Positions 44,656 to 54,529 of a stretch of 64,000 nt of DNA are shown here, piece after piece. Below the pieces are notes generated by a model that was not told where the DNA came from, made no database searches, and saw nothing but the letters and a program-made list of their open reading frames with translations. Position 1 is the stretch's first letter. Every line of letters begins with the position of its first letter. This stretch comes from an uncultured Verrucomicrobiae bacterium. GTDB taxonomy: Bacteria > Chlamydiota > Chlamydiia > Chlamydiales > Rhabdochlamydiaceae. The stretch is from positions 960,001 to 1,024,000 of the forward strand of contig OY970364.1 of the NCBI GenBank assembly GCA_963718565.1, read 5' to 3'. Made by a program: the position numbers and the translations under genes.

Positions 44656-45981
44656 ATGCAGAAACGAGAAATAGACCTTCGCAAAACGATAGGCTGGTTC
44701 CGAAAAATTCTAGCGCCTTTGCTTTTAATCACACTATGTCCGCCGCTTGTGATGTTAGTTTGGTACACAAACGTCTCACTAGACGGATCCCTTACACAGC
44801 TCTGCGCATTATTCACAAAAAACGGAATTTTTTCGACAATCTATGAGATGTGGAGTCCTCTTTTTTTCGGAACTGCTGCAGCTTGGAAAATTTTGGTCGT
44901 TTTTGCTGCGGTGGAACTGCTTTTGATGAGGGTTTTGCCTGGCAGAAAAGTGGAAGGACCCATGACCCCAAAAGGAAACATCCCTGTTTACAAAGCAAAT
45001 GGCGTCCCGGCCTTTGCATGCACGCTATTGCTTTTTTACCTAGGCTCTGTTCCATTTAAGCTATTTTCTCCGACGATTGTTTATGATAATTTCGGCGGCC
45101 TGCTCGGAGCGTTGAATTTTTTTAGTTTGCTTTTTTGCCTGTTTCTCTATTTCAAGGGGCGATACAAGCCTTCAAATGCAGACTCGGGAACGACAGGCCA
45201 TGCCATCTTTGATTATTTCTGGGGCATGGAATTATACCCGCGTATCTTCGGCTGGGATGTCAAAATGTTCACCAACTGCCGTTTTGGAATGATGGGATGG
45301 GGACTAATTCTCATCTCTTTTGCTGCAAAACAACATCAGCTTTACGGACTTTCTGACTCGATGCTCGTTGCTGTAAGCTTACAACTCCTTTACATCGCCA
45401 AATTTTTCTGGTGGGAAACAGGTTATTTGAGATCGATGGATATCATGTACGATAGAGCGGGATTCTGTATCTGTTGGGGATGCCTTGTCTGGGTGCCTTC
45501 CGTCTATACTTCGCCCACCCTCTTCTTGGTCAATCACCCCAATCATCTAGGAACCTCTGCAGCATTCACACTCTTTGCTGCAGGGAGTATTTGCATCTTT
45601 ATCAACTACCTTGCAGATAGGCAGCGCCAATACGTGCGCAATAAAAATGGAGACTGCAGAATCTGGAATAAAAAACCTGATCTTATCTTTGCCAATTACA
45701 AAACGGAATGGGGCGAAGAGAAACAATCGTTATTGCTCGCTTCGGGGTGGTGGGGCATCTCACGCCATTTTCACTATCTTCCAGAACTATTAGGAGCGCT
45801 TTTTTGGAGCGTGCCGGCATTGTTCACACACTTTATGCCTTACTTCTATCTCACTTTCTTATTTCTTTTGCTCATGGATCGCGCTTTCAGACAAGAAAGA
45901 CGCTGCAAAATCAAATACGGCAAAGATTGGGAAAAATACTGTGAACTCGTCCCCTTTCGTTTTATTCCTTTTGTCTACTAG
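44656..45981 (+). CDS. Sterol delta-7 reductase (7-dehydrocholesterol reductase, ERG4/ERG24 family)
   Basis: YFWGMELYPRI, FTNCRFGM, LLASGWWGISRHFHY, KYGKDWEKYC. Confidence 0.92.
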   Translation: MQKREIDLRKTIGWFRKILAPLLLITLCPPLVMLVWYTNVSLDGSLTQLCALFTKNGIFSTIYEMWSPLFFGTAAAWKILVVFAAVELLLMRVLPGRKVEGPMTPKGNIPVYKANGVPAFACTLLLFYLGSVPFKLFSPTIVYDNFGGLLGALNFFSLLFCLFLYFKGRYKPSNADSGTTGHAIFDYFWGMELYPRIFGWDVKMFTNCRFGMMGWGLILISFAAKQHQLYGLSDSMLVAVSLQLLYIAKFFWWETGYLRSMDIMYDRAGFCICWGCLVWVPSVYTSPTLFLVNHPNHLGTSAAFTLFAAGSICIFINYLADRQRQYVRNKNGDCRIWNKKPDLIFANYKTEWGEEKQSLLLASGWWGISRHFHYLPELLGALFWSVPALFTHFMPYFYLTFLFLLLMDRAFRQERRCKIKYGKDWEKYCELVPFRFIPFVY

Positions 45982-45987
45982 TCTAGA

Positions 45988-46069
45988 GAGGGAATTGCAA
46001 AACTCCTCGCCGCATAAAATCGCGCTTTTGGCACCTGTCGCCTTGGCGGCGGCTCTCCTACTTATCCAA
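45988..46069. repeat. Family A MITE half copy
   Basis: TIR plus internal sequence matching the right half of 9254-9435, inverted. Confidence 0.85.
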
Positions 46070-46139
46070 TTAAAAAAAATACTTGATACAAATAATAATT
46101 AAGTATAAATAAAAGATTATTAGTAAAACGCAATTATTC

Positions 46140-47183
46140 ATGCCTTCCATTAGATTTAAATTGTTCTCAAAAACAATTCCCAAAATTACTGTTTGCTTCT
46201 GCTGTTTTGGAGAAATCAATGAAGATATCGATTTTTTTTCTTTTCCTTGTCACTCAGAGCGCTTGGAACGATCAACGTGGTTTGAGAATTGTGAAAATCA
46301 GCCCTGCCAACTTCCTCGAATAGACTCCGATGTGTTGAGAGCTCTGTGCGGTGTACCCATGGAACTGTTTCATCCGTTAAGAGTGGAAAGATGCTTATGT
46401 CCAACTATTCAAGGAAGGGCTCATCTCCCCCCTCTTGTTCTCGCTGCTCTCCAGGGTGACCTAGAATTAACGAAAACCTTGTTCAAAGAAGTCCAGAAGA
46501 GCAGATGCGGATTTGATGAAGAACTCATCGAAAATGCTTGCATTTGCGCTTCAGCGCAGGGGCATCTCGAGGTGCTCAAGTGGCTATTTGACAAATGGAT
46601 CCTGGACAGTTGCTGCTTCATCGACACAAAAACATTGAGAAGGTCTTGTATCAGTGCTGCAGCTCATGGCCACTGCGAAGTTCTGGAATTTTTATTGGAA
46701 AAAGCCTTTCCCTTAAGCTCATGTTTTATCGATCAAGAACTCTTAAATTATTGCTGCATGAGCGCATCCGCCAACGGCCATCTCAAAGTTCTTAAGCTTT
46801 TATTTTTTAAAACTTTTCCTGAAAACATATTTTTTGTAGAACAGTCCCTTTTGAATTGTTGCACTATTTGTGCATCGGTCAATGGGCAGGTAGAAGTTCT
46901 TAAGTTCTTATTCAAAAAGGTCCAACCCAAAATCTCTTTTTTCATTAATCAGAATATGTTCAGTAACAGTCTCATTTCTGCCTCTGCTAACGGCCAGCTC
47001 GGGGTACTTCACTTTTTATTTAATCTAGCTTTCAAAGAAAGCCATTGGTTGCTTGAAAACGAAATCTTAGAAGATTGTTGTATTTTTGCTTCTAATCGCG
47101 GTTTTTTTGAAATTGTCGATTTCTTTTCAAAAAACAGATTTCCTTTCTGTATTGCCGTGGATGAAGGAGAGGGTGATTTATAA
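46140..47183 (+). CDS. Cys-rich ankyrin-repeat protein
   Basis: Repeats of about 37 aa: CxSASANGHLEVLKxL. Confidence 0.85.
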   Translation: MPSIRFKLFSKTIPKITVCFCCFGEINEDIDFFSFPCHSERLERSTWFENCENQPCQLPRIDSDVLRALCGVPMELFHPLRVERCLCPTIQGRAHLPPLVLAALQGDLELTKTLFKEVQKSRCGFDEELIENACICASAQGHLEVLKWLFDKWILDSCCFIDTKTLRRSCISAAAHGHCEVLEFLLEKAFPLSSCFIDQELLNYCCMSASANGHLKVLKLLFFKTFPENIFFVEQSLLNCCTICASVNGQVEVLKFLFKKVQPKISFFINQNMFSNSLISASANGQLGVLHFLFNLAFKESHWLLENEILEDCCIFASNRGFFEIVDFFSKNRFPFCIAVDEGEGDL

Positions 47184-47235
47184 TGTTTATTACTAGGATT
47201 TTGAAGATTTCAAGGGAGCCGTGTTAGGTTTTTTC

Positions 47236-47370
47236 GTACGTCCTCAAAAACCTATGGCAAGCACTGAATGTCATTTGGATCCATGCCAGGCTTTGCATTT
47301 ATCGATCTCAATCAGGCATGGATCCAAATGACATTCAGTGCTTGCCACAGGTCTCCGAGGAAGTATGAAT
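47236..47370. repeat. Family D 135-bp hairpin element
   Basis: Identical to 11667-11801. Confidence 0.9.
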
Positions 47371-47613
47371 TGAGCGGCTTGTAAAGTCAGAACAAAACGG
47401 TTATCAAACAGCCTCTCCGGTCACACCTTGACTGGTAACACGTACATTCTGTGTTCGTACAGGCGTTACAGGGGGCTAAAGAAACCAATTTTTGAAGTTT
47501 CTTCAGTATAAACAAGAATTTTCTAGCGAATATTTGTTTTAGCTCTTAAAATTCTTTGGTTTGTTCGTTGATCATGCTATACTCCTCGCGCAAATACACC
47601 CGCAGGGGATTCT

Positions 47614-48366
47614 ATGATGAAATCTATGATAAAAAAAATATTTTCCGGTATTCTTATGACAGGATCATTTTTCTCCGCCCCCCTTTTTTCAGGTGAAAAG
47701 GCGGAAAGCACCCCGAACCCACTCGTCCTTATCCTTCTCGGGCCACCGGGTTCTGGCAAAGGCACTCAGGCGGTGATGCTTCAAGAAAAATTACACCTGC
47801 CGCATATTTCCACCGGCGACTTGCTCCGCGATCACATCCGCAGAGGCTCTGAGCTCGGGAAACAAGCACAGACTTTTATGGACAAAGGACAACTCGCCCC
47901 TGATGCTTTAATCCTGGATATGCTCTTTGAAAGAGTCTCTAAAAAAGATTGCGCTGATGGATACATTTTGGACGGATTCCCAAGAACCCTTCCTCAAGCA
48001 GAAGCGCTCCAGGAGAGGCTTAAAGGAAAACTAGCGCCTATTGTCATTAATTTAGACCTGTCCGACACCAAAATCATTGAGCGCCTGACAAACCGCGTTT
48101 CTTGTGAAAAATGCGGGACTCCTTACCATCTTATTTACTCTCCTCCAAAAACAGCTGGTAAATGCGATAAATGCGATGGCAAATTGATTCACCGCGCGGA
48201 TGATACCGAAGCTGTGATCACAAAGCGCTTGACAGTCTATCATGAACAAACTGCACCTTTGATTACCTATTATGCGAAGCAAAAGCTGCTGCATACCATC
48301 CATTGCGACACTCCAAAGGAAAAAATCTTTTCACAAGTGATTGCACAAATCCCTTCTAAAAAATAG
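47614..48366 (+). CDS. adk: Adenylate kinase with N-terminal signal-like extension
   Basis: GPPGSGKGTQA, HISTGDLLR, GYILDGFPR, Zn-lid CEKC..CDKC. Confidence 0.95.
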   Translation: MMKSMIKKIFSGILMTGSFFSAPLFSGEKAESTPNPLVLILLGPPGSGKGTQAVMLQEKLHLPHISTGDLLRDHIRRGSELGKQAQTFMDKGQLAPDALILDMLFERVSKKDCADGYILDGFPRTLPQAEALQERLKGKLAPIVINLDLSDTKIIERLTNRVSCEKCGTPYHLIYSPPKTAGKCDKCDGKLIHRADDTEAVITKRLTVYHEQTAPLITYYAKQKLLHTIHCDTPKEKIFSQVIAQIPSKK

Positions 48367-48374
48367 TTCCAACC

Positions 48375-48608
48375 ATGGAAAGTTCGAACTTTGGCAAATG
48401 GTTCATCTATGTCGGATTAGGACTCGTCGTTATTGGCGCTTTGATTTGGCTGGGCAGTAAAATGGGGATCTCTTTTGGAAAACTTCCTGGAGACATTCAT
48501 ATTCAAAAAGAGAAGATTTCTTTCTACTTTCCCATTGTGACCTCCATCATTGTCAGCGTCGTGCTGACCCTCATCATTAATTTGATTTTTTGGTTTCTGA
48601 GGAAATAA
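48375..48608 (+). CDS. DUF2905 family membrane protein
   Basis: GKLPGDI...FYFPIVTSIIVS. Confidence 0.85.
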   Translation: MESSNFGKWFIYVGLGLVVIGALIWLGSKMGISFGKLPGDIHIQKEKISFYFPIVTSIIVSVVLTLIINLIFWFLRK

Positions 48609-49364
48609 TAATTCATAATGACACAGCTAACTGCCCTTGTGAATTTTGCTTTTAGCCAGCCGGAAATTATTCAGCCTATTCTTACGGGAATTTCTGAAGA
48701 AAATGGTCGAGAAAATGCTTCTCTTCGTAATTGTCGTCTTGTTGATCGTCTGCCACTTTATCCCCTCTTGCGGTCCTAAGTTCCAACATGATATTTGCAT
48801 TTTCCGTTTTCCACCACCCTTGGTATAATATATTAATGCAATCTCAAGGTTTTTTAGACGGGCTCTGTGAGTCGACGCGAAAAGGGACCCGCCAATCGAG
48901 ACGAAGTCCGGGCGGGAGTGAGCGCACGAACAGCCAATGGAATCAGATCGCACAGCAAAATCGTAGCGCAGGAGAGCGCGGTCAGCGCATAGGGGGGATC
49001 AGTGCTTTGCACGGCCCCCCGACGAGCACGCGATTTGGCAAAGCGAGATGATTCTCAAGAAGGCTAGCGGGAAACGCGGACACGCCAGTGCCGTGTTTCC
49101 GACATATGAAATGGAGGCATTATTTCAATGCCTAACCTCAACACTTTTATTTACACCCACAAAGCCTTCCAAGCGATCCAGCTATTCAATTATTCGTTTC
49201 TCAGTTGAAATATTTGCCTCAATTTCTATCGGTTGGCAGGCTCTCCTCAAACAGATGACCTCCAGTGGGGAGAACGCCGCGCGGAAGAAGAGCTGCCTCG
49301 ACTGGCTGACGCGCTTTCGCGATATTAATCGAGAAGGGGGATTGCAAAAATCAGAGGATTGGTA

Positions 49365-52025
49365 TCACTTAAGATCTTGAAGGATATTGGCAACAACGGC
49401 GCTCCAGCCTGTTTGATGCGATGCTCCCAGCCCTCTTCCTGTATCCCCATGATAATGCTCGAAAAACTGGATAAATTCCTGCCAATGGGGATCTTGAAGG
49501 GCTGTATCTTGATAGATTGGCCGCCGGCCTGTGGGATCCTTGCGAAAAAGCGCGACTAAACGACTACGTAGATCAGCGATCATCTCTTTCAAGGTGATCT
49601 CTTTGCCTTGGACTTTGACTTGAAAATCTGGTCCCACTGTTTCTGCAAGGCGCTTCAAAGCACCGATGAATAGATAGTTTACAGGAAACCAGACCGGGCC
49701 CCTCCAATTGGAATTGCCGCCTTTGATTTTTTCTAAAGACTCTCCCGGTTCATATCCTACGACCATTCCACGGAATACAAAAGGGTGCTTTTCATGGAAT
49801 TTTGATAAACTGCGCAGCCCAAATGGGGAAAGAAATTCATTGGGATCCCACGCTTTGTCTAATACCCGTCGCATCTGCTCCAATGTCATCAGTGAAAACA
49901 AATACCGTTTTTTCCCGCCAAAATCATATTCGGTGATACAACGGTCGACCAAACGATGAAAATGGCGAAGATAGACTTGAAAATGCTCATAAAAATCTCG
50001 ATGTTGGACGAGTTCATCTTCTTCAAAAAACTCGATCGAGAAAAACGGAATTAGACCAACGAAAGAGCGGACTTTCATCCGAACGTGCTCTCCACTGGAA
50101 TCGCAAAGAGTGTCATAAAAGAAACCGTCTTGTTCATCCCAGAGATTGACGGGCCTAGCCCGTGTTCCTTGGATCGCTCCTGCAATGGAAATAAAATGCT
50201 CTAAAAAAACCATGGCCAATTTTTCGTAGACAGGTTTTTGCTTCGCGAGCTCTAAGGACATCTTGAGCATCACCAGTGCAAAAAAGCCCATCCAGCCTGT
50301 TCCATCCGATTCCTCAAAAAATCCGCCTTTAGAAAGAGGTTTGCTGCGATCGATAATCGAAATATTATCTAAGCCTAAAAACCCTCCCTCGAAGACATTA
50401 TTACCCAAATGATCGACTTTGTTGACCCACCAATTAAAGTTATCCATCAATTTCAAAAAACAAAACTCTAAGAAATTGAAATCTGTGATCTGTTTTTCCT
50501 TTTTCTCGCGTCGATAGATATACCAGACCGCCCAGGCTTGAACAGGGGGGTTGGCCTCGGAAAAACTCCATTCATAGGCAGGAACCTGCCCATTGGGATG
50601 CTGATATTTATGCTCAAAGAAAATCGTCATATGAAATTTGGCAAACGGGAGATCGACAAGGGAAAGAGCCACGGCATGGAAAGCTGAGTCCCAAGAAGCA
50701 AACCAGGGATATTCCCATTTATCCGGCATGACAAGAAGATTATGAGAGTGTAAATGCTGCCAGTGGCTGTTGCGGACATCATAACGAGTCGGTGGCGGAG
50801 GCAAAGCGGGATCGTCGCCCTCAAGCCATTTTTTTACATCGAAATTGTAAAATTGCGTACTCCAGAGAACTCCAGCAATTGCCTGCCGTTGGATCAGCTT
50901 TTCTTCTAGAGTCAATTTTTTGGATTGGGTCGCATCAAAATAATCATCGGCCTCTTTTTTTCTTATGGCAACGACTTTATCGACATCCTCTAAAGGAGCT
51001 TTTGTTAATTGAGTAGATAAGCGAAATTTCAGCACTTTTGATTTCTTTGCTGGAATGTGGACCTCGTTGTATAAAAAACAGGCCTTAGTCCCCTTTTTCC
51101 CCGGATTGGTGCACTTTTCTTTATTGACCACATAGCGATGAAATGCGTCTTTGACATAAGGCGTAGAGCTTCGCACTTCAGGGCCATAAAGCCGTTCACA
51201 GTGTGTTTCATTATTTGTGAACAGTAATTCATCTGCGACATCTCCTGCCAAATACATCGCAGAAAATTGATAATCTTCAGAAAGCCAATCCGGCGGTGGA
51301 TTTTTTTTAGGATCGGCGTAGAGGCTTTGAAATTTTGAAGAATAGGGCCCTTCTTGAATTTCCGGTTCGAGGTCCCATTGTTTGGTCCAGGCCCAGCAAT
51401 TCCGAAACCATAACTGAGGCAAAACCGTGATCGTCGCATCTTTCTCACTTTGGTTAAATATCTCAATGCGGACACAAGTATCTTCTTGGGCTGCTTTTGC
51501 ATATTCGACCACAACATCGAAGAATTCGTTTTTGGAAAAAATTCCGGTATCTACCAGTTCAAACTCACGATCTTTCGTCGTGCGTTTTTGATTTTCTCCA
51601 ACCAACGGATCATAAGGAAATGCGTTCTGCGGAAAACGGTACAGAAATTTCATGTAAGAATGGGTCGGCGTCGCATCGAGATAGTAATAGTACTCTTTAA
51701 CATCCTCGCCGTGATTTCCTTCATAGGGATTAAGCCCGAATAGCCTTTCCTTAAGAATAGGATCTTTACCATTCCATAGGGCTAAAGAAAACACCAGCGT
51801 CTGATAAAAATCACACCATCCCGCAAGTCCATCCTCTCCCCATCGATATGCTTTCGAGCGCGCCATATCATGCGGCAAATAATTCCAAGCATCTCCAGTG
51901 GCACTATAATCTTCGCGGACTGTACCCCAGGCCCGCTCTGAGACATAAGCACCCCATTTGCGCCATGGAGGAACCTTCTTGTCCAAGGAATCTTCGATGC
52001 GAGTCAGTTCTTTGCTTTTCGGCAT
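49365..52025 (-). CDS. GH63/MGH1-like glucosidase
   Basis: WGTVREDYS, MPDKWEYPWF, GGNSNWRGPVWFP, GASHQTGW. Confidence 0.92.
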   Translation of the reverse strand: MPKSKELTRIEDSLDKKVPPWRKWGAYVSERAWGTVREDYSATGDAWNYLPHDMARSKAYRWGEDGLAGWCDFYQTLVFSLALWNGKDPILKERLFGLNPYEGNHGEDVKEYYYYLDATPTHSYMKFLYRFPQNAFPYDPLVGENQKRTTKDREFELVDTGIFSKNEFFDVVVEYAKAAQEDTCVRIEIFNQSEKDATITVLPQLWFRNCWAWTKQWDLEPEIQEGPYSSKFQSLYADPKKNPPPDWLSEDYQFSAMYLAGDVADELLFTNNETHCERLYGPEVRSSTPYVKDAFHRYVVNKEKCTNPGKKGTKACFLYNEVHIPAKKSKVLKFRLSTQLTKAPLEDVDKVVAIRKKEADDYFDATQSKKLTLEEKLIQRQAIAGVLWSTQFYNFDVKKWLEGDDPALPPPPTRYDVRNSHWQHLHSHNLLVMPDKWEYPWFASWDSAFHAVALSLVDLPFAKFHMTIFFEHKYQHPNGQVPAYEWSFSEANPPVQAWAVWYIYRREKKEKQITDFNFLEFCFLKLMDNFNWWVNKVDHLGNNVFEGGFLGLDNISIIDRSKPLSKGGFFEESDGTGWMGFFALVMLKMSLELAKQKPVYEKLAMVFLEHFISIAGAIQGTRARPVNLWDEQDGFFYDTLCDSSGEHVRMKVRSFVGLIPFFSIEFFEEDELVQHRDFYEHFQVYLRHFHRLVDRCITEYDFGGKKRYLFSLMTLEQMRRVLDKAWDPNEFLSPFGLRSLSKFHEKHPFVFRGMVVGYEPGESLEKIKGGNSNWRGPVWFPVNYLFIGALKRLAETVGPDFQVKVQGKEITLKEMIADLRSRLVALFRKDPTGRRPIYQDTALQDPHWQEFIQFFEHYHGDTGRGLGASHQTGWSAVVANILQDLK

Positions 52026-52104
52026 AGGTAAACTTATCAACCTTGACTTAATATTACTCCTTTATATTAAATATTTTAATTATATGACAAGCTGTGGAAT
52101 CATT

Positions 52105-53481
52105 ATGAAGCAGAAATTATACCGAAACAACATGAAGAATCGAAATTTTGGCAAAGCTGGCGCCCGGAGTTTGAACCAGCGAAGCGGCGGCGAAGCAGCA
52201 CAACTTGAACAAGTTGTGCGATGCAGGCGGGATCAAAATCTGGGATGTCCGGCGCAGCCAAAAACCGATTCTTCATGTTGTTTCGGTATATCTTCCCTTC
52301 TCATTTTGGCGACCTTTTTCCTCATCGGCCTTGTCCAAGGAATAGGATTTACAACCATTCCCTCTGCAAGCAACTTTCTCACATCCTCTCACGGGTTTTC
52401 TTTCAATCCAGAACAATATGGCACCCTCTTCGTGCCGATGTTTGCCGGCGCTATTTTCGCTTCTTTTTTTGGAGGATCGATCGCTAAAAAGATTGGCATG
52501 AAATCCGTCTTTAGCATCGGGCAAATTTTCAATGTTGTTTCGATGCTGATTTTTGCGATCGCCCAGCTTTATTTGAAAGAGATCTCTGTCTCTTTTCCGC
52601 TCTTTATGATTTTGATGCTCTGTGTCGGGATTGGATTTGGAGCAGCGCTCACCTCTTTGAATTCCTTCGCGTTTTTCTTCTTTCCTAAAAGACCTAAGAC
52701 CGCGTTGACTGCACTGCATTCCTGCCTTGGCATTGGGACTGCGATCGGGCCACTGGCCTTTTCCTACTTTCTAAAACACGGGGTATGGTGGTATGACGCG
52801 ATCTGGATTGGAACGCTTTATTTCTTACTGCTCCTAGCAGCGATTGTGGGCTTTCCTAACCCGCATCAATTGAAAACGGGGAAAAAAGTGAGCTCGAAAA
52901 AATTACCCTTTGCTTCTCCGATATTCTGGAGCTTTGCCGCGATTGCTCTCTTGTATGGGATTTGCGAGACGACCGTTGGCAACTGGGGACCCATTTTTTT
53001 GCATCAAGGGAAACAGCTTATGCCAGCAAGCGCAGACCTTGCCCTTTCGCTGTTTTGGGGAATGATCACTCTAGGAAGGATCGCTACCGTCTTTCTTTCG
53101 TTCGTTGTGCCTGCGCGCTACCTTTACTGTTCTCTACCTCCGATCATCTTGATCGGACTGATCTTGCTTTATCCTTCTGTGAGTGAATCCTGGCTTTTCT
53201 TATCTTTTGGAATTGCGGGCCTTGGCTGCTCGGCGATGTTGCCTCTTAGCATCGGCTTTGCCCAAGAGCGCTTTACGTCGATTGCCCCACTGATTTCTGG
53301 AGTGATGATCGGGACCTACATGCTGGGTTTTGGTCTAGCTTCCCAAGGTGTAGGACTTATTTATAAATTCCTGCACATCTCCTTTTCTACTCTGTTTGCT
53401 TCTTTAAACGGACCTGTGCTTCTTCTGCTTTTGCTGTGCGTGTTCGTTACTTACGAAGAGAGGAGAGCATACCGGAAATGA
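52105..53481 (+). CDS. MFS transporter with an in-frame 57-codon palindromic insert
   Basis: About 12 TM segments; removing the insert restores MKQKLSSLLIL. Confidence 0.85.
   Translation: MKQKLYRNNMKNRNFGKAGARSLNQRSGGEAAQLEQVVRCRRDQNLGCPAQPKTDSSCCFGISSLLILATFFLIGLVQGIGFTTIPSASNFLTSSHGFSFNPEQYGTLFVPMFAGAIFASFFGGSIAKKIGMKSVFSIGQIFNVVSMLIFAIAQLYLKEISVSFPLFMILMLCVGIGFGAALTSLNSFAFFFFPKRPKTALTALHSCLGIGTAIGPLAFSYFLKHGVWWYDAIWIGTLYFLLLLAAIVGFPNPHQLKTGKKVSSKKLPFASPIFWSFAAIALLYGICETTVGNWGPIFLHQGKQLMPASADLALSLFWGMITLGRIATVFLSFVVPARYLYCSLPPIILIGLILLYPSVSESWLFLSFGIAGLGCSAMLPLSIGFAQERFTSIAPLISGVMIGTYMLGFGLASQGVGLIYKFLHISFSTLFASLNGPVLLLLLLCVFVTYEERRAYRK
52118..52290. mobile_element. Family C palindromic element
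   Basis: 25-bp perfect TIR TATACCGAAACAACATGAAGAATCG; TA duplication. Confidence 0.9.
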
Positions 53482-53482
53482 T

Positions 53483-54379
53483 TCACTTTCGGTATATTTG
53501 AATCCATCCTCCAACGATGACAAGGAGAGCACCGACCAGCGAAAGCCAATTGGGGAGATGATGAAAAATTGCCCAATCTAAAATCGCTGAAAAAATAATT
53601 GAACCATAGAGGAAAGGGGCAAGAGCGGAAGCTTTGCCATGCTTATAAGCCTCTCCTCTGAACAATTGATTCAATATACTGGCAATACCGAGACAAATAA
53701 CACTGCCCCAAAGCAAAGGAGAAGCATGTTCCGGTGAGTTGACCTCTCCAAAAAACAGCTTAGAAAATACAAAGACAGCCGCTGAAACAATGGAACAGAA
53801 AAAAAATAGATAAAAGAGATTAGACGTTTGATTTTCACGCTTGGCCTGGTGGCTATATAAAACTTGCGAGCCCGCCTGTCCCAGAGGCGCTAAAAGCCCG
53901 GCGATACTGAGCTTGGCAAAAATCGATCTGTCGGGTTGTAAAACGCAGAGCACACCCATAAAAGAGATGAGGATGCTCAAGATCACCTTTTTTTCAAAGC
54001 GATGCTTAAAAAAGATCCGTTCTAAAATGGGCATGAACAACGGAGCTGTATTTTGCATCACCGTCGCATCGAGCAAAGTCGAATACGTCAAGTAATAAAA
54101 GATCGAGTATTGGTAGACCAGAAGACAAGCACATCGCAGAATCTGCAATTTGAAATGACTTAAAAAGAACAGCTTTTTGATTGAGGTCGACCACAATAGA
54201 TAAGGAAGCAGAAGCGCAAGAGGAACCCCAAAGCGCAAGAAAATGAGTAGAGAGTAAGGAATGCGATCAACGCCAAATTTGGCAAAAAGCGTAAAAAAAG
54301 AGAGCGTCACAGCAGAAAGGAGCATGTAAAAAGCTCCCTTTTCAAACTCTTCTTTCGATCTAAAGAATCTCAATCTCAT
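53483..54379 (-). CDS. DMT/EamA family transporter
   Basis: About 10 TM segments; NTAPLF; ASALAPFLY. Confidence 0.88.
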   Translation of the reverse strand: MRLRFFRSKEEFEKGAFYMLLSAVTLSFFTLFAKFGVDRIPYSLLIFLRFGVPLALLLPYLLWSTSIKKLFFLSHFKLQILRCACLLVYQYSIFYYLTYSTLLDATVMQNTAPLFMPILERIFFKHRFEKKVILSILISFMGVLCVLQPDRSIFAKLSIAGLLAPLGQAGSQVLYSHQAKRENQTSNLFYLFFFCSIVSAAVFVFSKLFFGEVNSPEHASPLLWGSVICLGIASILNQLFRGEAYKHGKASALAPFLYGSIIFSAILDWAIFHHLPNWLSLVGALLVIVGGWIQIYRK

Positions 54380-54529
54380 AACTCTTTTAAGCGTTCATCT
54401 CTGCGGCAGCAACTCCGATAGGACTTATAACGGAGAGGGTTTGTTTCATAAAATTACAGCTTCGAGATGTCCTGTATTGCCTCGACAAACTTCTTCGTAA
54501 CTGGGATCAGGAAAAACACCTCCTGTATA

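Noticed and set aside
48895..48915. RNase P RNA (GAAGTCCGGGC resembles the P4 5' motif)
   Set aside because: The match is partial and the 3' P4 motif is absent.
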